Below are positions 50,901 through 61,438 of a stretch of 64,000 nt of DNA, one piece after another. This DNA comes from an uncultured Candidatus Micrarchaeota archaeon. Its GTDB lineage: Archaea; Micrarchaeota; Micrarchaeia; Burarchaeales; Fermentimicrarchaeaceae. The notes below the pieces were generated by a model. That model did not search any database and was not told the DNA's origin. It saw nothing but the letters and a program-made list of their open reading frames with translations. A program made the position numbers and the translations under genes. The number at the start of each line of letters is the position of its first letter. The first letter of the stretch is position 1. The stretch lies in the NCBI GenBank assembly GCA_903884505.1, contig CAISET010000027.1, forward strand, positions 1,211-65,210. The letters run 5' to 3'.

Positions 50901-53033
50901 ATGAGGTTCCTCGCATCAGCACTTCTTCTTTTCGCGCTTCTCCACCTCGCGCAGGCGATAACCCTCTCGGACCCGCAACTTGTGAAGAGCATGGATATCG
51001 AGGTCACCGAGAGCGGGAATATTTCCGCGACGAGCGGGGAAATGACTAACCTGAGCATGAATACGACGATTCCGCAGGCATCCGCATACCAGACGATAAA
51101 CTACAGCGGGAGGACTGCCGTGGATGCAGATGGCAATATCCTCGCGAGCATCAGCGAGGCCGCGCCGCCCAACCCCTACAATTACGAGATAAGGAGCACG
51201 GGCACCGTGAGGGAGAGGGTTACTGGCGAGCTGCCGCGAAGCTATATCGTTCCCCCGGAATACGCGAGATACACGCTCCCGGGCCCGAAGGTGCAGAGCG
51301 ACGACCCGGAGATAAGGAGTGTGGCGCAGGAGGTGACCGCGAATTCGACGGACGACTGGGAGCGGGTTGCGAAGCTGGCGGTTTTTGTCAATAATTATGT
51401 GCAATATGATGAGAGCTACACCGGGCAGGAGAAGGACGCGAAATGGGTGCTGCAGAACAGGAGGGGCGTGTGCGTGGAATATTCTACGCTGTTCATCGCG
51501 CTCTCGCGCTCGCTCGGCATTCCCTCCAGGTTCGTTTCGGGCTACGCCTTCAGCAGATACGGGACATGGCTCGGGCACTCCTGGGCAGAAGTGTATCTGG
51601 GCGAGTGGGTGCCGGTGGACCCGACCTGGCTCGAGGCGGGCCATCTCGACGCCACGCACGTTGAAACGTTCAAGAGCGCGGACAACGGGGCCGAGGGGAA
51701 CGCTGTCGCTTTCATTGGCCATGGCGCGCAACTCGAATGGAACCGGAGCGAGGCATTTGGCGGGCAGACCGAGGCCGTGCGCGCAAGCAACCTCCAGTCC
51801 AGCGAGCGGATTGCAGGCTATGAGCTTAGCTCCGGGGAGACGGAGCTCGGGTTCGGGGACGAGACGATTGTGGCGGTGAAGATTACGGGAACGGATTACC
51901 GGATTGCCGAGCTCAGCCTCGCGCAGTGCACGGGCGGCGGCAACCCCGTGAGCGTCATTGGCGAGGCGCACAAGACCGTGATACTGAGGCCGGGCGAGGA
52001 GCAGTTCGTCCTCTGGAGGGTCAAGGCGAACGACCTGCTTTCATCCGGATATATCTACACCTGCCCCATGGTGGTCAATTCAGGCTATTTCGAGGAAAAG
52101 ATGTTCGAGCTGAAGGTCACTCCGGAAAAAACCTGGAGGCCGGAGTTCACCGCGTGGCTCGGGAAGAGCTCGCTCGGGCTCGGGGAGGAGCAGGAAGTCT
52201 ATTATACCGTCTCCAGCCCGGATGCGGGGACCATTGAGCTTTCGGCCGAGGACGCGCGGCGCTCGGCAGCCGCAACCGCAGGCACGTGGAACTTCAGCTA
52301 CATCCCATCACATTTGGGGCAGAACACGGTTTATGTGCACTGGGGAGGGGTCGTGCAGGAGCTGTCGTTCAATGTCAGCGAGGAGTCCGCGGTTGGGATA
52401 GCAAACCTCACTGCGCCGGCGTTCGCGGTCGAGGGATATGATGTGCCCATCCAGGTGCGCGTAAGAAGCAATGGGACGGCTGCAAGGAGCGTCGGGATTA
52501 CCGCGAGCATCGGTTCCCAGTCAGCCAGCACGCAAGCCACGTTTGCCGGGGAGCAGACGTTCAACTTCTCATTACTGGCGAACGGGACCGGCATGCAGAA
52601 TGTGAGCGCGGTGCTGGAGAGCTCGGGGATTAGGGAGGAGGCGCATTCGCTCATCGAGATTCAGCCCAGGCCGGCTGTCTCCATTTCAAATGTGAGCTTT
52701 GCCTTTGTCGGAAGCGAAACAACTGTGATACTCTGGCTGAATGCGACCGGGGAGCCGAGGGCGATGAACATCTCGGTGGATGGGACCAGTGTTCCTGCGC
52801 AGCCCGGGGAGGTCAGCGTGAGCAGCCCGCCGGGCAACAAGACGATGGGAATCGAGTGGCTGGATGTCGCGGGGAACTACTATTCGATGAACCAGACGTT
52901 ATACGTGCCCGCAAGGGGCGAGCCGACCCCAACTCCTACCGCGGCAGAAACTCCGGAGGAGAAGCCCTTTTGCGCCGGATTCATTTTCCTGGCCATTCTC
53001 GCGGCGCCGCTTTTCGCGAACAGATACTTTTAA
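50901..53033 (+). CDS. Secreted transglutaminase-like domain protein with a C-terminal anchor
   Basis: GVCVEYSTLFIAL.R..GIPSRFVSG, HSWAEVY, WVPVDPT triad; ends CAGF-TM-RYF. Confidence 0.9.
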   Translation: MRFLASALLLFALLHLAQAITLSDPQLVKSMDIEVTESGNISATSGEMTNLSMNTTIPQASAYQTINYSGRTAVDADGNILASISEAAPPNPYNYEIRSTGTVRERVTGELPRSYIVPPEYARYTLPGPKVQSDDPEIRSVAQEVTANSTDDWERVAKLAVFVNNYVQYDESYTGQEKDAKWVLQNRRGVCVEYSTLFIALSRSLGIPSRFVSGYAFSRYGTWLGHSWAEVYLGEWVPVDPTWLEAGHLDATHVETFKSADNGAEGNAVAFIGHGAQLEWNRSEAFGGQTEAVRASNLQSSERIAGYELSSGETELGFGDETIVAVKITGTDYRIAELSLAQCTGGGNPVSVIGEAHKTVILRPGEEQFVLWRVKANDLLSSGYIYTCPMVVNSGYFEEKMFELKVTPEKTWRPEFTAWLGKSSLGLGEEQEVYYTVSSPDAGTIELSAEDARRSAAATAGTWNFSYIPSHLGQNTVYVHWGGVVQELSFNVSEESAVGIANLTAPAFAVEGYDVPIQVRVRSNGTAARSVGITASIGSQSASTQATFAGEQTFNFSLLANGTGMQNVSAVLESSGIREEAHSLIEIQPRPAVSISNVSFAFVGSETTVILWLNATGEPRAMNISVDGTSVPAQPGEVSVSSPPGNKTMGIEWLDVAGNYYSMNQTLYVPARGEPTPTPTAAETPEEKPFCAGFIFLAILAAPLFANRYF

Positions 53034-53058
53034 AACCAGCCGCGCCGATTTCTACGCC

Positions 53059-53484
53059 ATGAGGACAGCACGCGGCCAGTCAGCAGTTGAATACGCATCC
53101 ATCCTTGTTCTCCTTCTGATAGCCCTGATACCTATAGTCTACATCGGGCTTTCGACGATTGAGGACAGCTACAGGATTTCGCAGGCGTCCGTGGCCGTGG
53201 TCTCCATGTCGGACGCGGCCGACCTGGTGTTCGCGCAGGGGCCAGGCGCATCTACGCTAGTGGACGTCTACCTGCCGAGGTCCGTGAATCCCGCGAAGAC
53301 GAACGTTTCCGGAAAGGAGATAAGAATCAACGTCTTCCTCACCAGCGGCGCGGAGCATGATTTTTTCGCGATAACCAGGGGAAACCTGACCGGTTCGCTC
53401 CCGACGAGCGAGGGCAGGCACAGGCTGCGCATCGAGATGCTGGCGTCAGGCGTCGTCCAGATAATGGAGCCTTCCTATGGGTGA
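53059..53484 (+). CDS. Class III signal peptide (type IV pilin-like) protein
   Basis: RG/QSAVEY followed by a hydrophobic stretch. Confidence 0.88.
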   Translation: MRTARGQSAVEYASILVLLLIALIPIVYIGLSTIEDSYRISQASVAVVSMSDAADLVFAQGPGASTLVDVYLPRSVNPAKTNVSGKEIRINVFLTSGAEHDFFAITRGNLTGSLPTSEGRHRLRIEMLASGVVQIMEPSYG

Positions 53485-53893
53485 GAAAGGCCAGGCGAGC
53501 GTAGAGGCGATGGGCTGCATCGTGGTACTGGTGCTCATCGCCGCCGTGGCGCAGTTCTTCGTCTTCGACAGGATGGTCAGGATGCAGGAGCTGCGGCAAT
53601 ACATGAGCGCCCTGGACATCTGCAACGGAGTGGCAAGCGAGCTGAACCTCGCGGGCTACTCGGAGGGGCTTTCCTCCCAGTTCTACATCCCGGGCGATGT
53701 TGCCGGGACGAATTACACGCTCATGGTCACAAACGAGTATGTCACCGTCGATTATTCCGACAAGAGCTGCGTGAGGAGATTCAACGCGCTGCAGGTGAAT
53801 TATAACGGCACTGCCCCGCCGTTCGCGCTTGCCGGGGGCACGTACAGGATGAACAACACCGGAGGGGTGGTGACGATTGCGAAGGTTTCATAG
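53477..53893 (+). CDS. Class III signal peptide pilin-like protein
   Basis: KG/QASVE followed by a hydrophobic stretch. Confidence 0.88.
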   Translation: MGEKGQASVEAMGCIVVLVLIAAVAQFFVFDRMVRMQELRQYMSALDICNGVASELNLAGYSEGLSSQFYIPGDVAGTNYTLMVTNEYVTVDYSDKSCVRRFNALQVNYNGTAPPFALAGGTYRMNNTGGVVTIAKVS

Positions 53894-54956
53894 GGCCCAG
53901 GTGCACTCGATAGACCTCATCATGGCCATAGTCATATTCCTGGTGCTGCTCTCGCTTTACCAGTTTACGTGGAACTCCGCTACCGCAACCACCCAGGCCA
54001 GCGAGGAGGAGCTTTCCCTCAGGGCGTACCACGTCGCGAACAGCCTTTTCGAGTCCGGAGGCTATCCCGCGGACTGGAGCCCCGAGAACGTGAGCGTGAT
54101 AGGGCTCGTGACCGAGAGGAACGTCGTTGACAGGAACAAGCTTATCAATTTCATAAAGCTGCTCAACACCAACTATTCGAAGGCGAAGGAGCTCCTCGGG
54201 CTCAGCGGGGAAGAGATATACATGAACGTGACGGATCCGCAGAACAACCTAATCTACCTGGACACGATGCCCGCGAGCGGGGGAATGCCCCCGAACATCG
54301 TGGCCCTGCAGGCCGCGCACACGGGCAGCACCGCGAAGGTGTCCGCGATACTCCGCGCGAACAACTCCATCGCCATCCTCTTCGACCAGTCCGGAAGCAT
54401 GGGCGACAATCTCCCCGCCGAGGGGAGGTCGAAGCTCGACGCAGCGAAGCTCGCGTTCAACAACTTCCTGTTCGCAATACTGCCCGACGACGAGATAGGG
54501 CTGACGACCTTCAGGGACTGCAGCGGCCCCGGCCCTTACACTGCGCAGAACTTCACGAGCGACCTCAACCTGGTGCGCCTTGCGGTGAACGGGATGAGCG
54601 CCAATGGCTTGACCCCGCTCGCCGGAGGCACAACCTATGCGGCGAATTTCATCAACGGCTCTGCGCGCAATTCGAACCGCGTCCTCATAGTATTCTCGGA
54701 CGGCGAAGAGACGTGCAACGGGAACCCGAGCGCCGCAGCGACATACGCCATGACGCGGGGCGTCGGCAAGATAGACACGATAGGCTTCGTCCTCGCCGAC
54801 AACAGCACCGGCGCGACGCAGCTCAAGCAGATGGCATCCATAGGCCGGGGCACATATTATTCGGCAAACACCTCCGTGGAGCTGCAGCAGGCGCTGGAGC
54901 AGGCCTATTCGTCCAGCGAGGCCCAGGTCGTGGTAAACGTGGTGATATGGCAGTAA
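53877..54956 (+). CDS. Minor pilin with an inserted VWA domain
   Basis: RA/QVHSIDL; DQSGSM, TPLA, FSDGEETC MIDAS. Confidence 0.88.
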   Translation: MRRFHRAQVHSIDLIMAIVIFLVLLSLYQFTWNSATATTQASEEELSLRAYHVANSLFESGGYPADWSPENVSVIGLVTERNVVDRNKLINFIKLLNTNYSKAKELLGLSGEEIYMNVTDPQNNLIYLDTMPASGGMPPNIVALQAAHTGSTAKVSAILRANNSIAILFDQSGSMGDNLPAEGRSKLDAAKLAFNNFLFAILPDDEIGLTTFRDCSGPGPYTAQNFTSDLNLVRLAVNGMSANGLTPLAGGTTYAANFINGSARNSNRVLIVFSDGEETCNGNPSAAATYAMTRGVGKIDTIGFVLADNSTGATQLKQMASIGRGTYYSANTSVELQQALEQAYSSSEAQVVVNVVIWQ

Positions 54957-55405
54957 AGGGAAAAATCGTGGTGAGGGGGTTCGTCTTCTCGCTCGATGCG
55001 CTCTTCGCGGTCATCCTGGCGGCGACAGCGGTCGCCGCGGTCGCGGGGATGACCATGACCAGCAAGAGCCAGGCGTACGGGAACATGCCGCTGGCGAGGG
55101 CGGCCCAGGACACGCTTACCCTGATGGACAAGCAGGGCTTCCTACCCAGCATGTTCAACATGACGGACCAGCAGGTGCAGGCGAGCATCGACGGCAACTT
55201 CTCGTCCTATCTCCCGGTGCAGATGGGGGGCGAGCTCAACATAACCATATGCCGGTACAACGACCCGGGCTTCAACTGCAGCCGCAACTTTTACACTTCG
55301 GCAAGGAACCCGCCTTCGGGCTATTCGAGCAGTGCCAGGAGGGTCTTTGCGGACCCTCTGCACAACCAGTATGGCATAGCAGTGGTAAGGGTGTGGTACA
55401 CTTGA
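54947..55405 (+). CDS. Minor pilin-like protein
   Basis: RG/FVFSLDALFA; ends VVRVW. Confidence 0.85.
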   Translation: MAVKGKIVVRGFVFSLDALFAVILAATAVAAVAGMTMTSKSQAYGNMPLARAAQDTLTLMDKQGFLPSMFNMTDQQVQASIDGNFSSYLPVQMGGELNITICRYNDPGFNCSRNFYTSARNPPSGYSSSARRVFADPLHNQYGIAVVRVWYT

Positions 55406-56778
55406 GGCGGGGATTCGTGCTCACGCTGGTGGCGTTCATCCTCTTCGTAACGCTCGTCAACATGGTGATGCAGATGAGGACCGATAGGGCGAGGGTCAGC
55501 AGCTGGTCGCAGGACATGCTCGTCGCAAGGAAGCTCCTTTATGTTACGGATGACGTGGGCGAGGACGTTAGGTTCGCATACAGCGTAAGGACCGCCAGGA
55601 GCGGCATCGCACTCACCTTCACCGACACGCTGCCGGCGAATTACAGCATCGACAGGAACCTGAGGGGATACAGAGATTTCCTCCAGCAGAAATACCTGAC
55701 GCCGGAGCTCGCGCTACAGTTCTACAACATGACCGGAAGCGCGATAGCCCTCGACGCGATGCCGACCGACCTCGTGGTCCGTCCCTACAACCTCACCTAC
55801 CACTACCCGGACTACGGCCAGCACCAGCTCAGCATCTACTGCGCGCCCAACGGCTATTGCAACAATACGGATATCCGCTCGGTTTCGTTCGCCTTCACGA
55901 TGCCGAATTCCAACTTCACCTACATTCCGAGCTCCGGCAACAAGAGCCACTATGCGTGGTCACCGAGCGCCCTCAACTGCTCCGGCCAGCCGGCATGCAT
56001 CAACTTCACGCTCGCGATAACCGACTCGCGCGGCTACGTGTTCTCCTGCCCGAGCGCAACCTGCAACTACAGCACTTTCCGCTCGGACCAGGCGAGCCTG
56101 CTCACCGTCCAGATGTCGCCGTGCTGGCTCGACCTCACGCTCGGGAACAGCGGCATAATCCAGCTCAAGCTCCGCCAGCCCAGCGACCCCAATGCCAGCT
56201 GCAACGCGACCCTGAACTCGACCATCTCGCCGACGTTCCCCTCGCAGTCCTACTACCTGGAGCTCCCTGGGCGGGTCAGCGTGGGCGACGTCAATTACAA
56301 CGCGAGCAGGGTATACCAGCTCCCTGGCGAGAACATCAGCGCGCGCGAGCTGACCGAAACCTTGCCGTCAAGAGCCGCCTACCTCGACTCGGAGTGCTTC
56401 AACAGCGACACCACCAACGCTTACGCCGGCGGGTCCGGCTACAAGTATGTCTACGGGGTACTGTTCGCGAACATCTGCACCGAAAAGAACATACACATAA
56501 CGAACATAAAGCCCTCCTGGGTCCCGAACAGCAGCGAGAAGATAGAGATAGTGAGGATAAACAACACGAACGTCTGGAACTATGACGGCAGCATAGGCAG
56601 CCCGCAAGGCAGGCAGCCCTCCGGGACCAAACTCGACATGCTCGACTGGACCATAGGCCCGGTCAAGACAATCCCGCTCACCTACCTGCGGTTCCAGCAG
56701 GGCATGAGGAACAAGAACATCACGCTCAACCTGACATTCTCGGACAATTCCACCGCGGTCGTCATGGTGCGGACCTAG
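55402..56778 (+). CDS. Large minor pilin/adhesin-like protein
   Basis: TTG start, RRG/FVLTL; Cys-, Asn- and Tyr-rich extracellular region. Confidence 0.8.
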   Translation: MRRGFVLTLVAFILFVTLVNMVMQMRTDRARVSSWSQDMLVARKLLYVTDDVGEDVRFAYSVRTARSGIALTFTDTLPANYSIDRNLRGYRDFLQQKYLTPELALQFYNMTGSAIALDAMPTDLVVRPYNLTYHYPDYGQHQLSIYCAPNGYCNNTDIRSVSFAFTMPNSNFTYIPSSGNKSHYAWSPSALNCSGQPACINFTLAITDSRGYVFSCPSATCNYSTFRSDQASLLTVQMSPCWLDLTLGNSGIIQLKLRQPSDPNASCNATLNSTISPTFPSQSYYLELPGRVSVGDVNYNASRVYQLPGENISARELTETLPSRAAYLDSECFNSDTTNAYAGGSGYKYVYGVLFANICTEKNIHITNIKPSWVPNSSEKIEIVRINNTNVWNYDGSIGSPQGRQPSGTKLDMLDWTIGPVKTIPLTYLRFQQGMRNKNITLNLTFSDNSTAVVMVRT

Positions 56779-56785
56779 TGATTCC

Positions 56786-57250
56786 ATGGACCTGAGGCGC
56801 AACACTGCCCAATCCGCTGTCGAATACATGATGACGTATGGCTGGGTAGTCATAGCCATGATCATCACCATCCTTCTGCTTTACGTGCTCGGAATCTTCG
56901 ACCCGGCCACCATACTGGGCGCGGAAAACTCGATAACCGGCACGACGCTTTTCAGCTTCACCGATTTCCTGGTGATGCCGGACGGCAATGTGACGCTCTA
57001 CATGAGGAGCGAGTCGCCCATCAGGCTGAACGTGACCGGGATTGCGCTCGGCAGCTCCAACCTCACCGGCCTCGAGCCGTCCCTCCCGATAGAGCTCGCG
57101 CCGGGCCAGTCCATCAACGTCTCCGGAGGCTCCGGGCTGCGCGGCCAGCAGGGCGGGTCGTTCTTCACGGTAAAGCTCAGGATTTATTACTCGATAGAAG
57201 GCGCGGGCAACCATACGGACTCGGGGACGATGAGCGGCAGGTTCGGCTAG
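56786..57250 (+). CDS. Type IV pilin
   Basis: A/QSAVEYMMTYGW...LYVLGIFDP. Confidence 0.9.
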   Translation: MDLRRNTAQSAVEYMMTYGWVVIAMIITILLLYVLGIFDPATILGAENSITGTTLFSFTDFLVMPDGNVTLYMRSESPIRLNVTGIALGSSNLTGLEPSLPIELAPGQSINVSGGSGLRGQQGGSFFTVKLRIYYSIEGAGNHTDSGTMSGRFG

Positions 57251-57302
57251 CAAAGATACTAATAATAATAGTGGACGGGGAGAATAAGAGGGATTGGTTG
57301 GC

Positions 57303-57917
57303 ATGGCAGAGCAGAGGGAAACGGTTGAGACGGCGTGCGACAGGCTTCTCGAGCTTGTGCAGCAGAAGGGAAAGGTCTCCCTGCGCGACGCCTCAAAGGA
57401 CCTCGGCGTGAGCGAGCCCGTGCTCGAGGAGATAGCGAACGTGCTTGCGGAGCAGAAGATACTGAAGGTGAAATACGGGTTCACGGGCACGTTCTTCGAG
57501 CCGATGAAGGTCACCAAGGAGGAGGCGGAGAAGGGAATCAGCGAGGCGAAGAAGCGGGCGAGCGCCGCGAAAGTGATGGATGACATCGGGCTGGACGTGT
57601 CCGCGTCCGAGCGCGCATACAGGCGCGTGGAGGACGATGTCCTGATGAGGATGAGGAAGGCGGAGGAGCTTCTCGCCTGCATAGAAGAGGAGGAGAGGGA
57701 GGCGACGGATGAGGAGCGGGCCTACCTCCTGAAGGAGGCGAAAAAGCTTGACGAGGTCGTGAAGGCATTCGGCAGCGACATAAAGGATATCAAGGATGAG
57801 GTTGTGAAGCTTACCGAGAAGCTCCGCGAATTCGAGGCGGAGACGTCGAAGGGGAAGAAAGAGAAGAAGCCGGGCCTGCTCGGCGGGCTTTTCGGCAGGC
57901 TCGGGAGGAAGAGGTGA
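57303..57917 (+). CDS. Pilus-locus cytoplasmic wHTH/coiled-coil protein
   Basis: ETACDRLLELVQQKGKVSLRDASKDLGV...L...ILKVKY, then a coiled coil. Confidence 0.8.
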   Translation: MAEQRETVETACDRLLELVQQKGKVSLRDASKDLGVSEPVLEEIANVLAEQKILKVKYGFTGTFFEPMKVTKEEAEKGISEAKKRASAAKVMDDIGLDVSASERAYRRVEDDVLMRMRKAEELLACIEEEEREATDEERAYLLKEAKKLDEVVKAFGSDIKDIKDEVVKLTEKLREFEAETSKGKKEKKPGLLGGLFGRLGRKR

Positions 57918-57921
57918 AGGC

Positions 57922-59460
57922 ATGGCCGCTGAGCAAAAGATAGGGGGCGCCAAGATACTCGACAAGTACACCCTTATGAGCGAGGATGTGCCCGCCGAGA
58001 TAACGATTGCCGAGCGCTCGGACGAATATGTCAACACCTATGAGATGAAGCAGGTCAAGCTATTCAAGGCGACCGAGGCAATGCTGAGCTACCTGAAGGA
58101 GAAGATAATAGGCAGCGTCAATATCAAGATTTCCGAGATACTGGACCCGCGCGAGATAGAGTCAGTGAGGAAGAAGTTCATCGCCAGGGCGGAGGAGCTG
58201 GTGAGCGCGGAGATGGGCGGGCTGAGCGCGGAGGAGAAGAAGCTGCTGGTCGGGAAGCTGGCGCACGACCTCCTCGGGCTCGGGGACGTCGAGATGCTCC
58301 TTGCGGACAACCAGCTCGAGGAGATTGTGATAAACTCCGCGCGCGAACCGGTCTGGGTCTACCACAAGAAGTGGGGCTGGCTCAAGACAGACCTCGTGAT
58401 AAAGAGCGAGGAGCAGGTCCAGAACTACGCCGCGATAATCGGCAGGAAGGTCGGGAGGCAGATTACCAACCTGAACCCCCTGATGGATGCGCACCTGACC
58501 AGCGGCGACCGAGTCAATGCCGTGCTGTTCCCCATCGCCTCGCGCGGCAACTGCATAACAATCCGCAAGTTCGCAAAATCCCCCTGGACCATCGTCCGCA
58601 TGATGGACCCGGCGATAAACACCGTGAACGCGGACATCGCTGCGCTGATATGGCTCGGCGTGCAGTACGAAATGAACATACTCGTCTCCGGAGGCACGGG
58701 CTCCGGGAAGACCTCGTTCCTGAATGCGATACTCGTTTTCACCCCGCCCAACCAGCGCGTCATCTCAATCGAGGACACGCGCGAGCTCTACCTTCCCGAC
58801 TACCTGAACTGGACGCCGCTGGTCACAAGGCAGCCGAACCCCGAGGGCAAGGGCGAGGTCTCGATGCTGGACCTGATGGTCAACTCACTGCGCATGAGGC
58901 CCGACCGCATAATCCTCGGAGAGATGAGGAGGCAGAGCGAAGCCGAGGTGCTGTTCGAGGCGATGCACACCGGGCACGCGGTCTATGCTACCGTTCATGC
59001 CGATGATGCGATGCAGACGAAGAAGAGGCTCATCTCGCCGCCCATCTCGCTCCCGGAGTCCATGCTCGAGGTGCTGCATCTCATAGTCGTGCAGTACAGG
59101 CAGAGGCGCACGGGAATACGGCGCGTGTTCGAGGTCGCGGAGGTCGTGCCTACAATGGAAGGGGTGGGGATAAACAAGATATTCAAGTGGATTCCGCGCG
59201 AGGACGAGATGAAGAAGGTCGGGGACTACGTGAGGCTGCTCGACCAGTTCCAGCTTTACACCGGGATGACGCCCGAGGAGATAAAGGAAGACCTCGAGGA
59301 GAAGAAGAAGGTGCTGAACTACCTGCTCGAGAAGAAGGTCTATGACGTAGATGACGTGGGCAGGGTGGTCGCGTTCTACTACAGGAGGAAGGGCGACCTC
59401 ATGAAGATGGTGGAGAAGAAGGCTGATATTAGGAAGATACTTGAGCTGAAGGGGGAATGA
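57922..59460 (+). CDS. Type IV pilus assembly ATPase (TadA/CpaF/VirB11 family)
   Basis: GDRVNA, ITIRKF, GGTGSGKTS, IEDTREL, LRMRPDRIILGE, MHTGH...TVHA. Confidence 0.95.
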   Translation: MAAEQKIGGAKILDKYTLMSEDVPAEITIAERSDEYVNTYEMKQVKLFKATEAMLSYLKEKIIGSVNIKISEILDPREIESVRKKFIARAEELVSAEMGGLSAEEKKLLVGKLAHDLLGLGDVEMLLADNQLEEIVINSAREPVWVYHKKWGWLKTDLVIKSEEQVQNYAAIIGRKVGRQITNLNPLMDAHLTSGDRVNAVLFPIASRGNCITIRKFAKSPWTIVRMMDPAINTVNADIAALIWLGVQYEMNILVSGGTGSGKTSFLNAILVFTPPNQRVISIEDTRELYLPDYLNWTPLVTRQPNPEGKGEVSMLDLMVNSLRMRPDRIILGEMRRQSEAEVLFEAMHTGHAVYATVHADDAMQTKKRLISPPISLPESMLEVLHLIVVQYRQRRTGIRRVFEVAEVVPTMEGVGINKIFKWIPREDEMKKVGDYVRLLDQFQLYTGMTPEEIKEDLEEKKKVLNYLLEKKVYDVDDVGRVVAFYYRRKGDLMKMVEKKADIRKILELKGE

Positions 59461-60339
59461 ATGGCGCTCAACATACCGTTCTCAATCCTGCCCCCTCCGC
59501 TGGTTATCCGGCTTGCCAAGCCGCTTAAGGGGCTCGGCAACTTCATCGCCACGCTCTTTCCCGGCATGAGGCTTGAGCTCATACAGGCCGGCATGGAAGT
59601 CACCCCGCGCGAATACGCCGGGATGGCCTTGATTGTAGGCATAAGCAATGCCATCGCAATATTCGCGCTTCTCTACGGGATAGGCATCGCGGTGGACAAG
59701 GACCTCCTGGCCCTCGGGATAGCCGGCGCTCTCGTGGTCGGGGCGGCCTCCTTCATCACGGTCATCTCATACCCGCGCGTGATTGCGACCAAGAAGACGC
59801 GCAGCCTCGAGGACCAGCTGATACCCGCGCTGCGCCAGCTGCTCATAGACTTGCGCTCCGGCGTCCCGCTCTTCCAGGCAATGGCAAGCGTCAGCACGGG
59901 CTATGGCGAGGTCTCCGCTGAGTTCAGGAAGATGGTGAAGGAGATGAACGCGGGGATGAGCCAGCCAGATGTCCTCAACGAGGCGAGCAGGCGCGTGGCC
60001 TCCTTCCGGTTCAGGCGCGTGCTCTGGCAGATAAACAACGCGCTCAGGGTCGGCTCGGACGTCGCGGCCGCGCTCGACGCGATGGTGGATGAGCTGACGC
60101 GCGAGAGGGTTGACGATATCCGCAGGTACGGCCAGGAACTCAACCCCTGGGTGATGATTTACATGATAGCCGCGGTCGTCATCCCGTCCCTCGGCATAAC
60201 CATGCTTATAGTCGTCCTCTCGTTCCTCAACATCCCGGTCCCGAAGATAGTGTTCCCAGTCATCTGGTTCTTCCTCGCGGGGTTCCAGATATTCTTCATA
60301 TCATTCGTGAAAAGCAGGAGGCCCGCCGTGGAGGGATAG
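59461..60339 (+). CDS. Type II secretion system F / TadB-like platform protein
   Basis: LRSGVPL...GYGEVSAEF; TM helices; follows the ATPase. Confidence 0.9.
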   Translation: MALNIPFSILPPPLVIRLAKPLKGLGNFIATLFPGMRLELIQAGMEVTPREYAGMALIVGISNAIAIFALLYGIGIAVDKDLLALGIAGALVVGAASFITVISYPRVIATKKTRSLEDQLIPALRQLLIDLRSGVPLFQAMASVSTGYGEVSAEFRKMVKEMNAGMSQPDVLNEASRRVASFRFRRVLWQINNALRVGSDVAAALDAMVDELTRERVDDIRRYGQELNPWVMIYMIAAVVIPSLGITMLIVVLSFLNIPVPKIVFPVIWFFLAGFQIFFISFVKSRRPAVEG

Positions 60340-60397
60340 CATGTTGCTCAGGGGAACTTGCGCGAAGGCGTTCGCGCGGAATGCGGGGGAATAATCC

Positions 60398-61438
60398 ATG
60401 GTGCTCGAGAGGATTTACGTAAGGGCATCGATGCTCCTTCCGGAGAACCTGATAGGCTCGTTCGAGCGCCTGATGGTCCAGGGCGGCTTCTCCGTCTCGG
60501 CGCGCGGATATGCCGGCTACGCGCTCGTCTTCTCCATTATGGTCGCGATTGTCGGATTCGAGGTCTCCACGTTCTTCTTCGAACAGGCGTATGCGATAGG
60601 CATAGGCGCGTTCACCTTCGTCCTGCTGATGGCGCTCTTCTACCTGCTGATAATGATAACGGCTGACAACAGGGCGAGGAGAATCGAGGAGGTCCTCCCG
60701 GACGCGCTTCAGATGATGAGCGCGAACATCCGCGCAGGCATGACTATCGAGAACGCCATCTGGATGGCCGCGAAACCCGAGTTCGGGCCCCTTGAGGAGG
60801 AGATAAGGATGGTCAGCGGGAAGGCGTTCGGAGGCAAGCCCATCGCGGACGCGCTGCTTGACATGTCCGTCCGCGTCCGCTCAACCATGCTCGAGAGGGC
60901 GGTGAAGCTCCTGAACGAGGGGATGCAGCTCGGGGGGGAGCTCGCGCCCCTGCTCGACGAGGTGGCGCGCGACCTGAAGATGAACCACATGCTCGCCAAG
61001 GAGATTGCCAGCGCGACCACGATGTACATGATATTCATAGTCTTCACCGCGGTCATCGCGTCCCCGGTAATGTTCGCGGCGTCAGTCTACTACGCGCAGA
61101 TGTCCTATTTCATATCGAACCAGCAGGGCATGGAGACGGACATGACCACCGGGGGCGTTGCCGGCACCGGCGGAGTCTCGATTGGCGGAGGGCTGACGGG
61201 CATGATAGCCAATGGGAAGAAGGGCGAGGCCATCACCCCGGACGAGGTCTTCCAGTTCGCAATCGCGTGCATAATGCTCACGACTTTCTTCGGCGCGCTC
61301 ACGCTTTCCGAGATACGGTACGGCAAGCTGACGCGAGGCCTCCAATACGTCCCAATCTTCATGATAACGGCGCTGATCATATTCCTCGTCACGAACGGCG
61401 CGCTCAAGAGCACGTTCGGATTCCTGTTTGGTAGTTGA
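60398..61438 (+). CDS. Type II secretion system F / TadC-like platform protein
   Basis: IEEVLPDALQMMSANIRAGMT, EFGPLEEE, GGELAPLL. Confidence 0.9.
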   Translation: MVLERIYVRASMLLPENLIGSFERLMVQGGFSVSARGYAGYALVFSIMVAIVGFEVSTFFFEQAYAIGIGAFTFVLLMALFYLLIMITADNRARRIEEVLPDALQMMSANIRAGMTIENAIWMAAKPEFGPLEEEIRMVSGKAFGGKPIADALLDMSVRVRSTMLERAVKLLNEGMQLGGELAPLLDEVARDLKMNHMLAKEIASATTMYMIFIVFTAVIASPVMFAASVYYAQMSYFISNQQGMETDMTTGGVAGTGGVSIGGGLTGMIANGKKGEAITPDEVFQFAIACIMLTTFFGALTLSEIRYGKLTRGLQYVPIFMITALIIFLVTNGALKSTFGFLFGS

